Shown one piece after another: positions 12,625-25,390 of a stretch of DNA of 64,000 bases. The stretch is from assembly GCA_951406725.2 (NCBI GenBank), contig OX597820.1, forward strand, positions 6,820,001 to 6,884,000, in the 5' to 3' direction. This DNA is from Octopus vulgaris. Its lineage: Eukaryota. Position numbers and translations under genes: made by a program. How positions within the stretch are numbered: the stretch's first letter is position 1; each line of letters opens with the position of its first letter. Below the pieces are notes generated by a model. That model was not told the DNA's origin. It worked only from the letters and a program-made list of their open reading frames with translations, and did not search any database.

Positions 12625-12829
12625 GCAGCGTTCACAATGCTTCGTTTTATATGTAGGAAGACCTATCAAATAAACATGAAAAGAAAAAAAAATATTTCAA
12701 GATGTATGTAAAAAGTAAAGAATACTAGGAAGAGAAACTGTGTTATTTATAAAGAAGAAAAACATCCTGATAATGGGGAAGGGAATAATACAGGATGAGT
12801 TAATATAATTACATAGAGGAAAGCGTAAA

Positions 12830-12883
<54 letters not shown>

Positions 12884-13002
12884 TAAAATCATACGTGTAT
12901 GTATAGGTTTGGTGATACAAATAACAAAAATAGAACTCAAAATATGAATATACAAACGCGCGCACACACACATATATATGTATATATATATGATTATTAT
13001 AA

Positions 13003-13062
<60 letters not shown>

Positions 13063-14953
13063 GTGCGTGTATAAATATATATAAATATGTGTATGTATGT
13101 GTGTTTGTGTATGAAATATAATATAAACGAAAAATTAATTTATGTATGTTTATTTATTCCAAATAAAAATCGAAACAATTCAAATATGTTCGAACTAATA
13201 CTCTAAAGTGTCTTTGACTTACAATTGAAGTTGTTTTGCTAACTTTCAATTTTGCCTCAATTTCAGTCTTTAATTTCCGAATTTTGCAATTTATAAACAT
13301 GCATTCCCCCACCCTATGCGTCCATACGCACACCCACACATAAACATACATCCCTGATTGTGCTTAGTGTTTTCAATTTAAAGAGATGATATTCCTTAGT
13401 ATGTCTTATTTTAATCGTTTCACTGTGAAAAGTACTCCATTTTTGCCAAAAATATCCGCTACTCAAAAAAATACAAGAAGTGTTTATAACTGTGCGATAC
13501 GTTTCTCTGTATTTGTCAATTAAATGCTTTATATTCGTCCAAAGATGCATTGTGTTTTGTGACAGCCTGTGAATATGAATATTCCACGACAAGAATACTT
13601 TTGTTAATTTGAAGAGGTTCAGTCAAGCACTTATTATGGTACAATTTTTACCCCGGAAAATTTTAAATGTCTCCTGATAAAAGAACAGAAATCATTGTTA
13701 TTAAAATTCTCTTCGTTGAATCGCAAGTTTTAATATCAATTGAAATAAACTGGTGTCCATTGAACAATAAACATTTACCCATCCGAAATAATATACATAC
13801 AAAATATATTAATGACATTAGACCTAAAAATATCAGTTTATGAGGTCGACATAAATGTGGAAATTATATGTATGACGTAATCAACAGGCAGAGGCAGGAC
13901 AAATACTAAATCAACCGATCAACTTGCGATGGACAGAAACTCTCGGAAAAAATCAAGACATTGGAAAACAGGATGTGATTACGTTGCAGACAAGTCGAGA
14001 ACGAGAGAGAAAGAGTGATTTAGGTAGAACGGAAAAGAATAGAGATAAATGATTTCACAATAACAAGATCGAAGAAACTGAATACAGATTAACAGAAAAC
14101 CAAAGTCGATTACTGAAATATTAGGAAAAAAGAATTGGAAATTGTAATGTCATAGTTAATACTCTAAATATGCGGTAAATTATCCCAATTTTACGTTCTG
14201 GTTTACTTCACTAAAATTTGCTTTTCATCGCTGCAAAGTCGATGATGTAAAGAAGCATTCAGATACTGAGTTCGGTGAAATTAGCTAATAACACTTCTGG
14301 TCTTCTCCCTAAATTACAAACGAGTAATAAAATGCAAAAGCGTCAGTGCGTCGAATAAAAATCTATTCTGGTATTTGTTCTCACTGTTTAGGTTCTGAGC
14401 TGAAATCCTGCTGGGATCAACATGGTTTTTCATCTTTCAGGGATCGATAAATTAAAATACGCGACAAGTGCAGGGTTCACTGTAACTGACGAGCCCCCTC
14501 CCTTCGATTGGTTCTGTCAGCTGGTAAACCAACCTGGAAACGATGTACTGAGGGGTGGGGCTGCTGAGATTGCAGCACCTGAACTTAAGTGAGATTTTTG
14601 TTTACCTCAGGGCGATGAAAGGAAACTAACAGTGAAGTAATATTTGAAATCAGATTGAAAGGGAATATATACTGCAAGGCATTATTATACGACGCTCTAA
14701 AGATTCTAATTTTTAAAAATTTAGGTATATAATTTTGGTGATGATGTCATAGGATTGATGACGGCTTCGAAAATAATGGTAATTAAGTTGATGACGATAT
14801 CTATGATGATGATGATGATGATTATGATGATGATTATGCTGCTGCTGCTGCTGATGATGATGTTGATGCCACCGTTGTTGTTGTAGCCGTTATGGTTGAA
14901 GCAATATTATGAAATACAAAAAAAAAAAGAGAGGGCATGATAGATAGATAGAT

Positions 14954-14991
<38 letters not shown>

Positions 14992-15512
14992 ACAAAAACA
15001 AAGACTGAATAAGAGAAAAAAAATTGTGATAAGCGTTAAAAACGTATTGAAGCATAAAAATATATATAAATATATAAAGAGAGAGAAAAAAAAACTAGAA
15101 ATAAATATTAAAGATGGCGATTCTTCATCAAATACTAAATATTATAAAACTGCAGTGTTATATCGCCCTCCGCCCATTCAATAACAACTGTTTATTTATC
15201 GGCTTATATTAATTTTCATTTATTAAATTAAAGGCGAATAGGAAATAAACATGGACTGATATCGTGTATCATAATTTGAATTTATTTGCTGCTATTACAA
15301 TCTGGTAATTAGCAGGGAAATATTTGCACTGTTTACACGGTGCGATAGAAAAACGGCAATAATCGTATGAGTACATTGACAACGGCGGTCACGTTATTCA
15401 TTATGCGTGGCACATTACACAGAAACCGCCAACTGTTGAACGACTTCATAAATAAGGCGATAATGGCAGTATCGAGACATTAATGAAAAATATTTAACAC
15501 TAATAATGATTA

Positions 15513-15812
15513 AGGTAGTAGTAGTAGTAGTAGTAGTAGTACTACTACTACTACTACTAATACTACTACTACTACTAGTAATAATAATAATACTAATGAT
15601 GATGATGATGCTGCTGCTGATACTGCTGATGATGATGATGCTGATGGTGATGATGCTGATGGTGATGATGCTGCTGATGATGCTGATGATGATGATGCTG
15701 CTGCTGATACTGCTGATGATGATGATGCTGATGGTGATGATGCTGCTGCTGCTGCTGCTGCTGCTGCTGATGCTGCTGATGCTGATGATGACAACAACAA
15801 TAGCAACAACAA
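15513..15812. repeat. Compound trinucleotide repeat (GTA)n(CTA)n(GAT/GCT)n
   Basis: Directly visible; includes a duplicated ~60 bp GAT/GCT block. Confidence 0.9.
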
Positions 15813-16710
15813 CATTCGCCAAGGTGTTGTTGTGGTCACTTTAGTAAGGGTAATAAGATACTTTTGGAATGGAAATACGAAAGGCACCAAATGAGGCAGA
15901 CTGACCATTCAAGCAAATGATTCGAGTCGCATGGGGTGAAGAGAATACAAGAACCCCTCTATTCCATCTTCGACCAATATTTGGGTATAGATGGAAATAA
16001 CTCTAAGTAAATGAATGCTTTCACAACAAGATGCAAAAATTAGTCAAAAAGTTTAAGAAATAATAATAATCTCAGCAGCAAAAGACACGCTGACATATCA
16101 AGTTTTGATACCAGTTATAAAATACGGTCTAGAGCTTTGGTGAGGAGCTTGACACATTTTCCTTAAATCTTAATATGAAAAAAATTGTAAAATGAAACAT
16201 ATTACACAATATGCTTGGCACCAAGCATCTGCAGGTCCCGAGACATACGTGTAGTAGGAAATTTATTGAATATCATGATGTAATACACCGAGTCAACCGT
16301 TGCTCTAACTCATTAAAAGAGCACAAGAAAATATGCGACCCAACCGTTTGATTATCATATGAAAACAAGTTATATCCACGGCAGCAAGGTTCTCAAAAGA
16401 AGTTTACCTAGATTTCAAACAATAAAAAACAGAAACTCTCTTAGTTCATTTTTCACGCACTCTGTCTGGTTGTCTGTCTCTGTCTCTGTCTCTCTATCTC
16501 TCTCTCTCTCATTTCCATTGAGTATTATTTTCTCCTTGGGTCAACAAATTAAATATGATTTCAATTTCGTTTCGCGGAAATTTCTTCTTTCATCTCTGTT
16601 CTTTCTTTCCTCTTCTTTTCATTTCTTTCGAGACGAATCACCTTCAGAATATCATAGAACTTAAAATTAACAACTTGAACAGCATCTAACCATAATTCCT
16701 AAATTACATA

Positions 16711-17208
16711 TTTTTATATATAAAAGTCAAGTTGTGTGTCTGTCTCCTGCGATTTAGATTCCTAACTACTCCCACATTTTGCGGTACAGTGTAACCAAAA
16801 CCGGGTATCTTATAGTCGAGATTCATATCGAGCCCTTCCGGGTATTAGCGCGCGTCTACGATGAGTCTACAATTTAAAAACAAAAATTACCATCATTTTT
16901 TCCCATTTTAATGCATTTTTTCGCTATTATATAAGGGAAGTAACTCTCTAAAAATATCTACGATGAGTCAACGATTTAAAAAAAATTACCATCATTTTTT
17001 TCCATTTTAATGCATTTTTTCGCTATTATATAAGGGAAGTAACTCTCTAAGAATGTCTACGATGAGTCAACGATTTAAAAAAAAATTACCATCATTTTTT
17101 TTTCCATTTTTGATGCATTTTTTTCCTATTTTTTGGCTATAACTCTCTAAAAATGCTTATATAGTTATTTCCCTTACAAACCCGAGCAACGCCAGGCGAT
17201 ACTACGAG
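16711..17208 (+). mobile_element. Non-autonomous Helitron with three ~100 bp internal tandem units
   Basis: 5' part matches 1550-1781 (minus); units CTACGATGAGTC...AACTCTCTAA at ~16856, 16958 and 17057; 3' CCCGAGCAACGCCAGGCGATACTACGAG matches the 43224-43593 end. Confidence 0.85.
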
Positions 17209-18220
17209 TATATATATATATATATAATCGTAATTAACCCTTCAAATTTTACAGAGACACGTCAATCGCCTACACTAATTTCAAGTTAATGTAAAACCTA
17301 TTTCTATTCTCAATTTCGAAGCACCTCGTGGTCAGGTATTTCATTTTAATATTTGCAATAAGATCTATCAATTGAATCAGTACATCAGTCGTTTCAAAAA
17401 TTCGCATAGAGCGAAACATGTGGTTAAGTGTTAACAATCACATTTTAATGTAAGATACAATGTATTATTTTCGACCTCTAATCCCCACCAGAGTCCTTTA
17501 ATTGTCAGTGGTTTCGCGTTTTTGATTATCGTTTGGAATATATTTGGGAATATATGTGAGTATTCGAATAGATTTGTGAGTTATGCGTGTGCGCGTCCTC
17601 GTCTATTTTCGATATGCAATCATTATGTGATTTATTTTCAGAACAACTGATTACCTGAGCATTGACATCTTTTCGCTAGATGTGTATCTTTATACGTAAA
17701 CAAGGTGAAAATATAATCCATACGGAGATTCTGAAGAAATTGTAGGGGTTCTCCTGCGGAATGTAACAGATAAAACTACTAACTTCCGGCGAAACATTTT
17801 TAGTTTTTTGTTCATTAAAACCAACATTTGTTATTTGTTAAAATTTTCATATCATTCCTAATTGGATTAGCCGCGATCAACAGAATCACTTCTGTTTTCG
17901 TAATTTTTCTCTAACTTTCCGCAAATACGATGTATAGCTCGATCACAAAAATGGATCTTTAATTTTATTATAATACTCTTTTAATATATTTCATAATTAA
18001 ACGCGTTTAGAAACAAATATTATTTCAATGCGCTTTAAAATGTAATGTGTTTAGATTAAAATTGAATAAACAAACACCACGAGATATGTGCTGAATATAT
18101 GAATGAGTGTATGTGTGCATGTATACGCTTGTATGTATGTGCTTGTATGTACGTATGTATGTACGCATGTGTGCACGTGTTTGTGTGTGTGGAGGTACGA
18201 CTGCGTGGGCAGTTAGATGC

Positions 18221-18385
18221 ATGGCTGTGTGGTAAGAAGCGAGCTTCCTAACCACATGGCTCTGGGTTAAAGTCCCACGGTGGGGCAACATTGGCGAGTA
18301 TCTATTGCTAAAAAAGTTCACATTCACTTAGAAGACTTTGCTCGAGCAGAACAAAGTCTTGTGAGTGGATATGGTAGATGGAAAA
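18221..18385 (+). mobile_element. SINE family A 5' half, degenerate
   Basis: GGCTGTGTGGTAAGAAG...GTGAGTGGATATGGTAGATGGAAA. Confidence 0.7.
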
Positions 18386-18664
18386 TTTTGTATGGTATTA
18401 TCCATATAAATCCATGGGGTGATTATAATCAAAATAAGCAGCAAGTATATACGAGGTAATGTGGTACGATCGTTTCATGCTACTTCATTTTTATTAAACA
18501 TCAGTTTTAAAATGTCGAGCAATCTTCGCCACTTATCGAAATTTTCCAACCAAACGGACAATGCACATTCTTATCTCTACTTCGTTTGTCAACATTGTAA
18601 AGAGGGTAGATATACAGACAGAGATGTTGGTTTCATTCTTAAGAACATGATAGTATGAAATTTA

Positions 18665-18729
<65 letters not shown>

Positions 18730-18832
18730 GTAATAGAAGATAAGACTGTTTTTAAAAAATTGTATCAGTATTCAGCATATAAAACGAAAAGGTGAAAATC
18801 ATATAAATAATTATAAAATCATATAAATAATT

Positions 18833-19242
18833 ATAATAAAGGCTTAGAAATTTTTTGTAGCCTATATGCTGAGAAATAGACGCTAAATCATCTTACCAGC
18901 CAAAGAAAGTCACAAATACACGAGTTGAATTCGATACCAGAAGCTACCGGAATTTTTTAATAAAATAGATAGTACTGTATTAACCTAATTTTGGGGTTTG
19001 CCCAGAGGCTCTCCCGTCTTCAGCAGAACACACTAATAGAAATGGAGGAGATTTTTATATATACTCAGAGGAAATTTGTTTCGTAGATATATGGGTATTT
19101 GCGTTTTGCTTTCCTATCTTATTAAAAATTTCCATTAGCTTGTTGCGCCGAATTCAACACGTGTGTTTATGATTGCTTTGAGTAATGAGACGATTTAGCG
19201 TCGATTTCTTAGCATATAGGCCAGAAAATGTTTCGAAGCCCT

Positions 19243-19250
<8 letters not shown>
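18833..19250. repeat. Fold-back element with ~135 bp imperfect inverted arms, flanked by (TA)n
   Basis: 18833-18968 is the reverse complement of 19114-19250 (e.g. CCTATATGCTGAGAAATAGACGCTAAATC / GATTTAGCGTCGATTTCTTAGCATATAGG). Confidence 0.85.
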
Positions 19251-19273
<23 letters not shown>

Positions 19274-19820
19274 CAGGGTCAGGCAAAATGATCTGACACA
19301 TTTGTAGGTTAAATAAAAGGCATTGTTTTTCGTTTCTTTTCAGTTGCTGCTATGAATTGGACTGGTGAGCATCGCGCTTTCATTGTGGAAACGTTTATCA
19401 AAACAAACGATTCTGTAACTGTAACACAAAGAGCGTTCCGTTTGCACTTCAATCTTGGTAGACATGATCCCGTACCTGCTCGAAACACGATCTTGTTATG
19501 GGTTACCAACTTCAGAGCTACTGGATCTGCATTGAAACGAAAATCAACCGGCCGACCTCGCACCGCCAGAACTTAAAGATGCAATTCGTCAAGAAATTAC
19601 TGCCATTCCACATGAAATGACCCGCCGAGACAACTTTCGTGAACGCCTTCGACAGTGTGTGGACAATAATGGATCCCATTTGACTGATTTAATTTTTAAA
19701 ACATAATGAAACAAAATGGCATTATATGTACTTTTCAAAAATAAAAACACTTTTTTGTTTCTTTACTTCATTTGCCTTTTATTTAACCTACAAATGTGTC
19801 AGATCTTTTGCCTGACCCTG
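19274..19820 (+). mobile_element. Tc1/mariner internal-deletion derivative
   Basis: ~50 bp TIRs CAGGGTCAGGCAAAA(T)GATCTGACACATTTGTAGGTTAAATAAAAGGCA, TA on both sides; N-terminal HTH ORF 19352-19576 (..QRAFRLHF..GRPRT) fused to C-terminus (ELKDAIRQEI..RLRQCVDNNGSHL); catalytic domain absent. Confidence 0.92.
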
Positions 19821-20054
19821 TATATATATTCGGGATGCGGCGAATAAATTGTCGTCTAAATTACACAAAAGGAAGATAACACTGACATCTCATTTTAACA
19901 AATATATTTACTAAAATTTCATAAAATCATCTTGAAATACAAAAAAGTTAATTTATTCAATAAATTTGCAATTGGCTTGAACTCATCCCCTCCCCCGAAA
20001 ATGGCTGCTCTTGTGGCAAAATTAAAATAAATTATTAGTATCATTATTATTATT

Positions 20055-20339
<285 letters not shown>

Positions 20340-20779
20340 CATCTACTTCCCTTTCTCTCTTTTGAGTTATATCTAATCAGTCTTTTCTAGTCTACATTTG
20401 CTGTAGCAACCACTACCGCCCTCCCGTAGTTCTGCTTATTATTTTTATTCTTCAACCAATTAGTTATATAAGATTTACAAGAGAGACTTCAGATTAAAAC
20501 TAATTAATCGAAATAACAGCTAACCATCGAAAACGAAGAAAAGCAAAACTGTTTTTATTCACAGTTCTTGCTGGTTTCATGGTGAATATAGTCGTTCACT
20601 TCCATTTTAAAAATGTGTCTCACTCCTCCTGGGATAAATTACCATTTTATCTTTTCTTGCAATAATTACTCGTCTTTTTGGTGATGTTTTTAAGGCCAGT
20701 TGCTTCCGGTTATATTGTTAGCCCAATAAATGTAAAATGTAAGAAACACAGACTCATTCGTGTGTATATATGTATGTAT

Positions 20780-21290
20780 ATTATATACATACACACACAC
20801 ATACACACACACACATATATATACACACACATACATATGTATATATATATACACACACACATACACACATATATATATATATATACACACATACATATAT
20901 ATACACACACACATACATATATATACACACACACATACACACACATATATATATATATACACACATAGACATATATATATACACACACACATACACATAT
21001 ACACACACATACACATATATATATATACACACACACATACACATATATATATGCACACACACATACACATATATTTATATATACACACACATACATATAT
21101 ATATATGCACACACATACACATATTTATATACACACACACATACACATATATATATATACACACATACACATATATATATATATATACACATATATATAT
21201 ATATACACACACACATATATATACACACACATACACACATATATATATACACACACATACACACATATATATATACACACACACACATAT
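20780..21290. repeat. (CA)n/(TA)n compound microsatellite
   Basis: Directly visible. Confidence 0.95.
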
Positions 21291-21344
21291 TTCGTTTTTG
21301 GTTTGCAAGATTCTTTATATGAGTTTGTGTGTTGGAAGCATATT

Positions 21345-21567
21345 CTATTGTGTCTGGGGAGAGTCATTTTCTTTTTGTGCCTTATTATGTAACACACTCA
21401 CCGGTAAAATTTCCACGTTTTACTTATATTTATTGTCTTAAAATTTTCGTTGCGTCTTGCAACCTTTTCAATAGGACAATAAAAATAAGAAAAATGTGGA
21501 AATTTTACCGGTGAATGTGTTACTTAATAAGGCACAAAAAGAAAATGACTCTCCCCAGACACAATAG
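21345..21567. repeat. Fold-back element with ~95 bp near-perfect arms
   Basis: CTATTGTGTCTGGGGAGAGTCATTTTCTTTTTGTGCCTTATTA... / ...TAATAAGGCACAAAAAGAAAATGACTCTCCCCAGACACAATAG; 31 nt spacer. Confidence 0.92.
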
Positions 21568-21624
21568 TATACATACATACATCAACTTCTATATTTGTAT
21601 GCGCAAACGTACGTGTGTGCTTAG

Positions 21625-21972
21625 AAGCTAGCTACCCAACGACATGGTTGCACGTTCCGACCCAGTGCGTGGCAATTTTGAGGCAAATGTCTTTTATAGC
21701 CTCGGGTCGACCAAAGCCGCGGGAGTAAAAGAAGCTAGTCGTGTATGTATGTAAGTATGTATTGTGTGTCAGTGTTTTACCCCTTCCACTGCTTGATAAT
21801 TGATGTTGGTTTATTTACGTCCCCGTTTGTATTAGCAGTTCGGCAAAGAGACCGGTTAAATAAGCACCAGCCACTAAGGAAAAATATATACCTGAGTGCA
21901 TTCTTTCGACTGAGAAACTATTCAGGGACGGTGCTCCAGCATGATCGGAGTTTAATGACTGAAACAAGGAAA
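21625..21972 (+). mobile_element. SINE family A, degenerate
   Basis: TGCGTGGCA...CTCGGGTCGACCAAAG...GTTCGGCAAAGAGACC...GGTGCTCCAGCATG. Confidence 0.7.
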
Positions 21973-22459
21973 AACATGTGTGTGTATGCACGTTTGTATG
22001 TATGTATGCGTACGTGTATTTTCTTTTTGTGTGTGTGTGTGTGTGTGTCTCTGTCTGTCTGTGAGTGACAATTTTTCAGAAAGGACTTGATACGAGGAGA
22101 CCAAAATATTACTATTCGATGTTTTAGATTTTCCTATTTATTTAACTCTCAGTCTGTTTAATCAACGAAACCTCTCGTAGAAGTTTCTCCATATTTGTTC
22201 ATCTCAGCCATTGATTTTTAAAAAAAAATATTTCATTTGATTTTTCAGCTATTGAGATTTTTTAGAAAAATGTTTCAAATGATTTAGGAATTATTTGGGA
22301 GAGATATATTTGCTATTTCTAATATTTTAAACTGCCGTTGGCTTCAGTTGTTAAATTCTGTTTCACCGAATGTCCCTCCTGCGCAAACAATGATGCGCTT
22401 ACTGTCACGATATGAAACTAGAGTCGCTAAGTTAGTGATAACGATCTTCAACTCCCTTT

Positions 22460-22840
22460 ACAATATCTCAGTTTGAGTCGGGGGTAGAATGCGCCGTTGC
22501 AGCATGATGCTGCATTCACCTTTTGTCGGCATATTTCCAGACCTTCCCTGGCTATCCATCAAGCAGAGTTCCAGCCTGACCCCATCTCCTCGGCTCAATG
22601 CCTCATCTGCCCTGATCAAGGGGCACACGTGATCGATCAACTGCAGATTTCAATCCAGCTGGATCCTCAGTGGAGGATACATTAAGCAAGATCTGACATG
22701 GAAAATTGAGCGACATGGCCAAATAGTCTGAGTTGGCGCTCCTGAATCATACCAGATAACAGGATGCATCTCAGTTTCTGAGCTGAGTCATTGGTTGGAT
22801 CCAAAGTTCAACCCATGGTAAATCATAATCTTCCAAAGCG
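22460..22840 (-). mobile_element. RTE-clade LINE 3' fragment (decayed ORF2 C-terminus)
   Basis: Minus-strand translation IQERQLRLFGHVAQF..DPAG resembles the RTE 'RQLRWFGHVxR' motif; contains stops. Confidence 0.65.
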
Positions 22841-23020
22841 TCTTGGGACCCAAAGAAGCTCAGGCGGCCCCTAAGGATCCCGGAGAGCATCCAAGTGTCA
22901 CAACCTCAGACCAGGATAGAAATTCAAAGTCACTGTTTTGTTGCTTGAGTTTGATTGCTTTGTGCCTTATCCAGTCAGATACTGATGAAGATAAAGAAAG
23001 TATTTGACTCGAGATAATAT

Positions 23021-23347
23021 AAGGAGCACTCCGTCGGTTGCGACGACGAGGGTCACATCTGATACGATCAACAGAACAGCTTGCTCGTGAAATTAACGTG
23101 TAAGTGGCTGAGCACTCCAGACACGTGTACCCTTAATGTAGTTCTCAGGGAGATTCAGTCTGACACAGAATGTGACAAGGCTGGCCCCTTTGAATTACAG
23201 GTACTACTCATTTTTGCCAGCTGAGTGGACTGGAGCAATGTGAAATAAAGTGTCTTGCTCAAGGACACAACGCGCCGCCAGGAATTGAACTCAGGACCTT
23301 ACGATCATGAGCCGAATGCCCCTAACCACTAAACCACGGGCCTTCAC
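23021..23347 (-). mobile_element. tRNA/CORE-type SINE family C with 17 bp TSD
   Basis: Head GTGGTTTAGTGGTTAGG..GAGTTCAATTCC, CORE-like GTTGTGTCCTTGAGCAAGACACTT; TSD ACTC(G/A)AGATAATATAAG at 23007-23023 and 23348-23364. Confidence 0.9.
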
Positions 23348-24996
23348 ACTCAAGATAATATAAGATGTTATTAAATACTATTTTGGAACTTGGCATGACA
23401 CACTGTAACCATTGCCGCTTCGTGTTTCACAATCATGGTTGTTTGTACAAATTCAAAAGTTTCTTCAACCGTTTCAGAAGCCCTTAAAATGGAGGTTTGA
23501 TTACTAAATAATAGTTGTCATTAAATTTTACTCAACTAATTGTATTGAATTCTGCAGTAGGTAAATTCTTTTTCTAAAAGTTAATCAACAACACGCAATA
23601 ATGAAACATTCCTATACGTGTGTGCATGTGTGTTTGTGTATATGTCTGTCTGTGTATGTATGTCTATTTGTATGTATGTATAAATACATGTATGTAGGTA
23701 TGTATGAATGTATATATGAGTGAACTTCTCCTAAACAGTTTTAAAATGTTTTTGCAATATCATAACCGAAATTATTATGTTTGTTGTCGTCTCCTTGTAA
23801 ACTTTCCGATATGAATACCTTCTCGTCTCTTATGGGGATGGGCTCTGGATAATTTGGAGACAAAGTTATCGACAAACCATTGTCGCTATTAGCACCGAGA
23901 TAGATTTTATCCTGCAGCATAGAGTATTGTGGTGTATATTACGAAATGTAACATTAAGAAGACTGACCGGATTTCATTGTGTACATGTATGTGTAGATTT
24001 TGTAAATATGTGTGCATATACATACATATATATATATATATATATATGCGTTTCAAATGAGAATCTCCTACATCCCGTTGTCTCAGTGAGAAGAGGTAGA
24101 ATTTTTGGTCGGACTTAATGCCAAATTGAATACCTCTTTTGTGGATTGTTGATTTGTAAATCGAGGAAAAAGAAAATTCTCGGGGAATGCTGGGTTAATT
24201 ATATCAGCGAAATATTGGGAATAATGTCTTAATCATATCTAAACTCCATCGACGGAAGTCTGTGAGAAATCTTCAAAGTGGGAATCAATAACTGGAAATA
24301 TTTTGTTCAAAGTAATCTAAGGAAATATGGTGTCTCCCTGTGATTGTGGAATACATAATTTATGATGATTTATGAGAGACAGCATCATCACCATCGTAGT
24401 AATGACGGTGGTGGTCATCATCGTCACCAGCAACATCATTATCAACATTATCAAACTGTACAGCAGCCATAGAATCAGCAGCAGCAATTATATGAAAGCA
24501 CATGGAATCTATAAATGTTAACAATAACATGAAGAAGGAAAAGAGGAAGAAGATTGAAGAAGTAGTCCAAAAAAAGAAGACCAAAAGAAGAAGACGACGA
24601 AGAAGAAGGAGGTGGTGATGGAGGAGGAGGTGGGGGAGGAAGAGGAGGGGGTAGGGGAGGATGTGGTGTTGGAGGAGGAGGACAACACAACAATAGAAAA
24701 AATAATTTTGGCAATAATAATAAGGATAAATATATAACCGATTTGCATAAAAGTGCAGTGAAATATTTTTAAATCACATATTCTTGGTAATAGAGGAGGG
24801 TGTAGTAACAGTTAGGGTGGTCATGGACGGAACACCCTTCATCGTAGATTTATAGGATGCAGGAAGGATGAAAATAGAACAACGGTAGAAACAACAATAA
24901 CAACAACAGTCAACAGTAAGAACAACAGGAATCGACAGATCTGTGGAACCGAAAGATAATGACAGAAACGCAGAACGAAACAGCAATCGGTGATAA

Positions 24997-24999
<3 letters not shown>

Positions 25000-25065
<66 letters not shown>

Positions 25066-25138
25066 CACGTATATATATAGATAGATAGATACATATATAC
25101 GTTTATATATATATATATATACTTTTATATATATATTA

Positions 25139-25177
<39 letters not shown>

Positions 25178-25390
25178 TTTTATATATATATTATATATGT
25201 ATATATATATATAAATATATATATATAAATATATATATATAAATATATATATATAAATATATATATATATAAATATATATATATAAATATATATATATAT
25301 AGATAGATAGATACATATATACGTTTATATATATATATATATATATATACTTTTATATATATATTATATATGTGTATATATATATATATT
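25000..25390. repeat. (CA)n/(TA)n compound microsatellite
   Basis: Directly visible. Confidence 0.95.

Noticed and set aside
10470-14150. Purine-skewed stretches (10470-10760, 13330-14150) that might be very old L1 remnants
   Set aside because: No unambiguous motif recoverable by eye
15415-15908. Poly-Ser/Ala/Leu/Met ORFs
   Set aside because: Trinucleotide repeat open in several frames on both strands; no domain or splice support
23270-23347. tRNA genes (also 35700-35775, 11325-11396, 50302-50370)
   Set aside because: tRNA-like heads continue into SINE bodies, lack an acceptor stem and terminator, and some have TSDs
24475-24714. Proline-rich ORF
   Set aside because: (GGA)/(GAA) low-complexity tract
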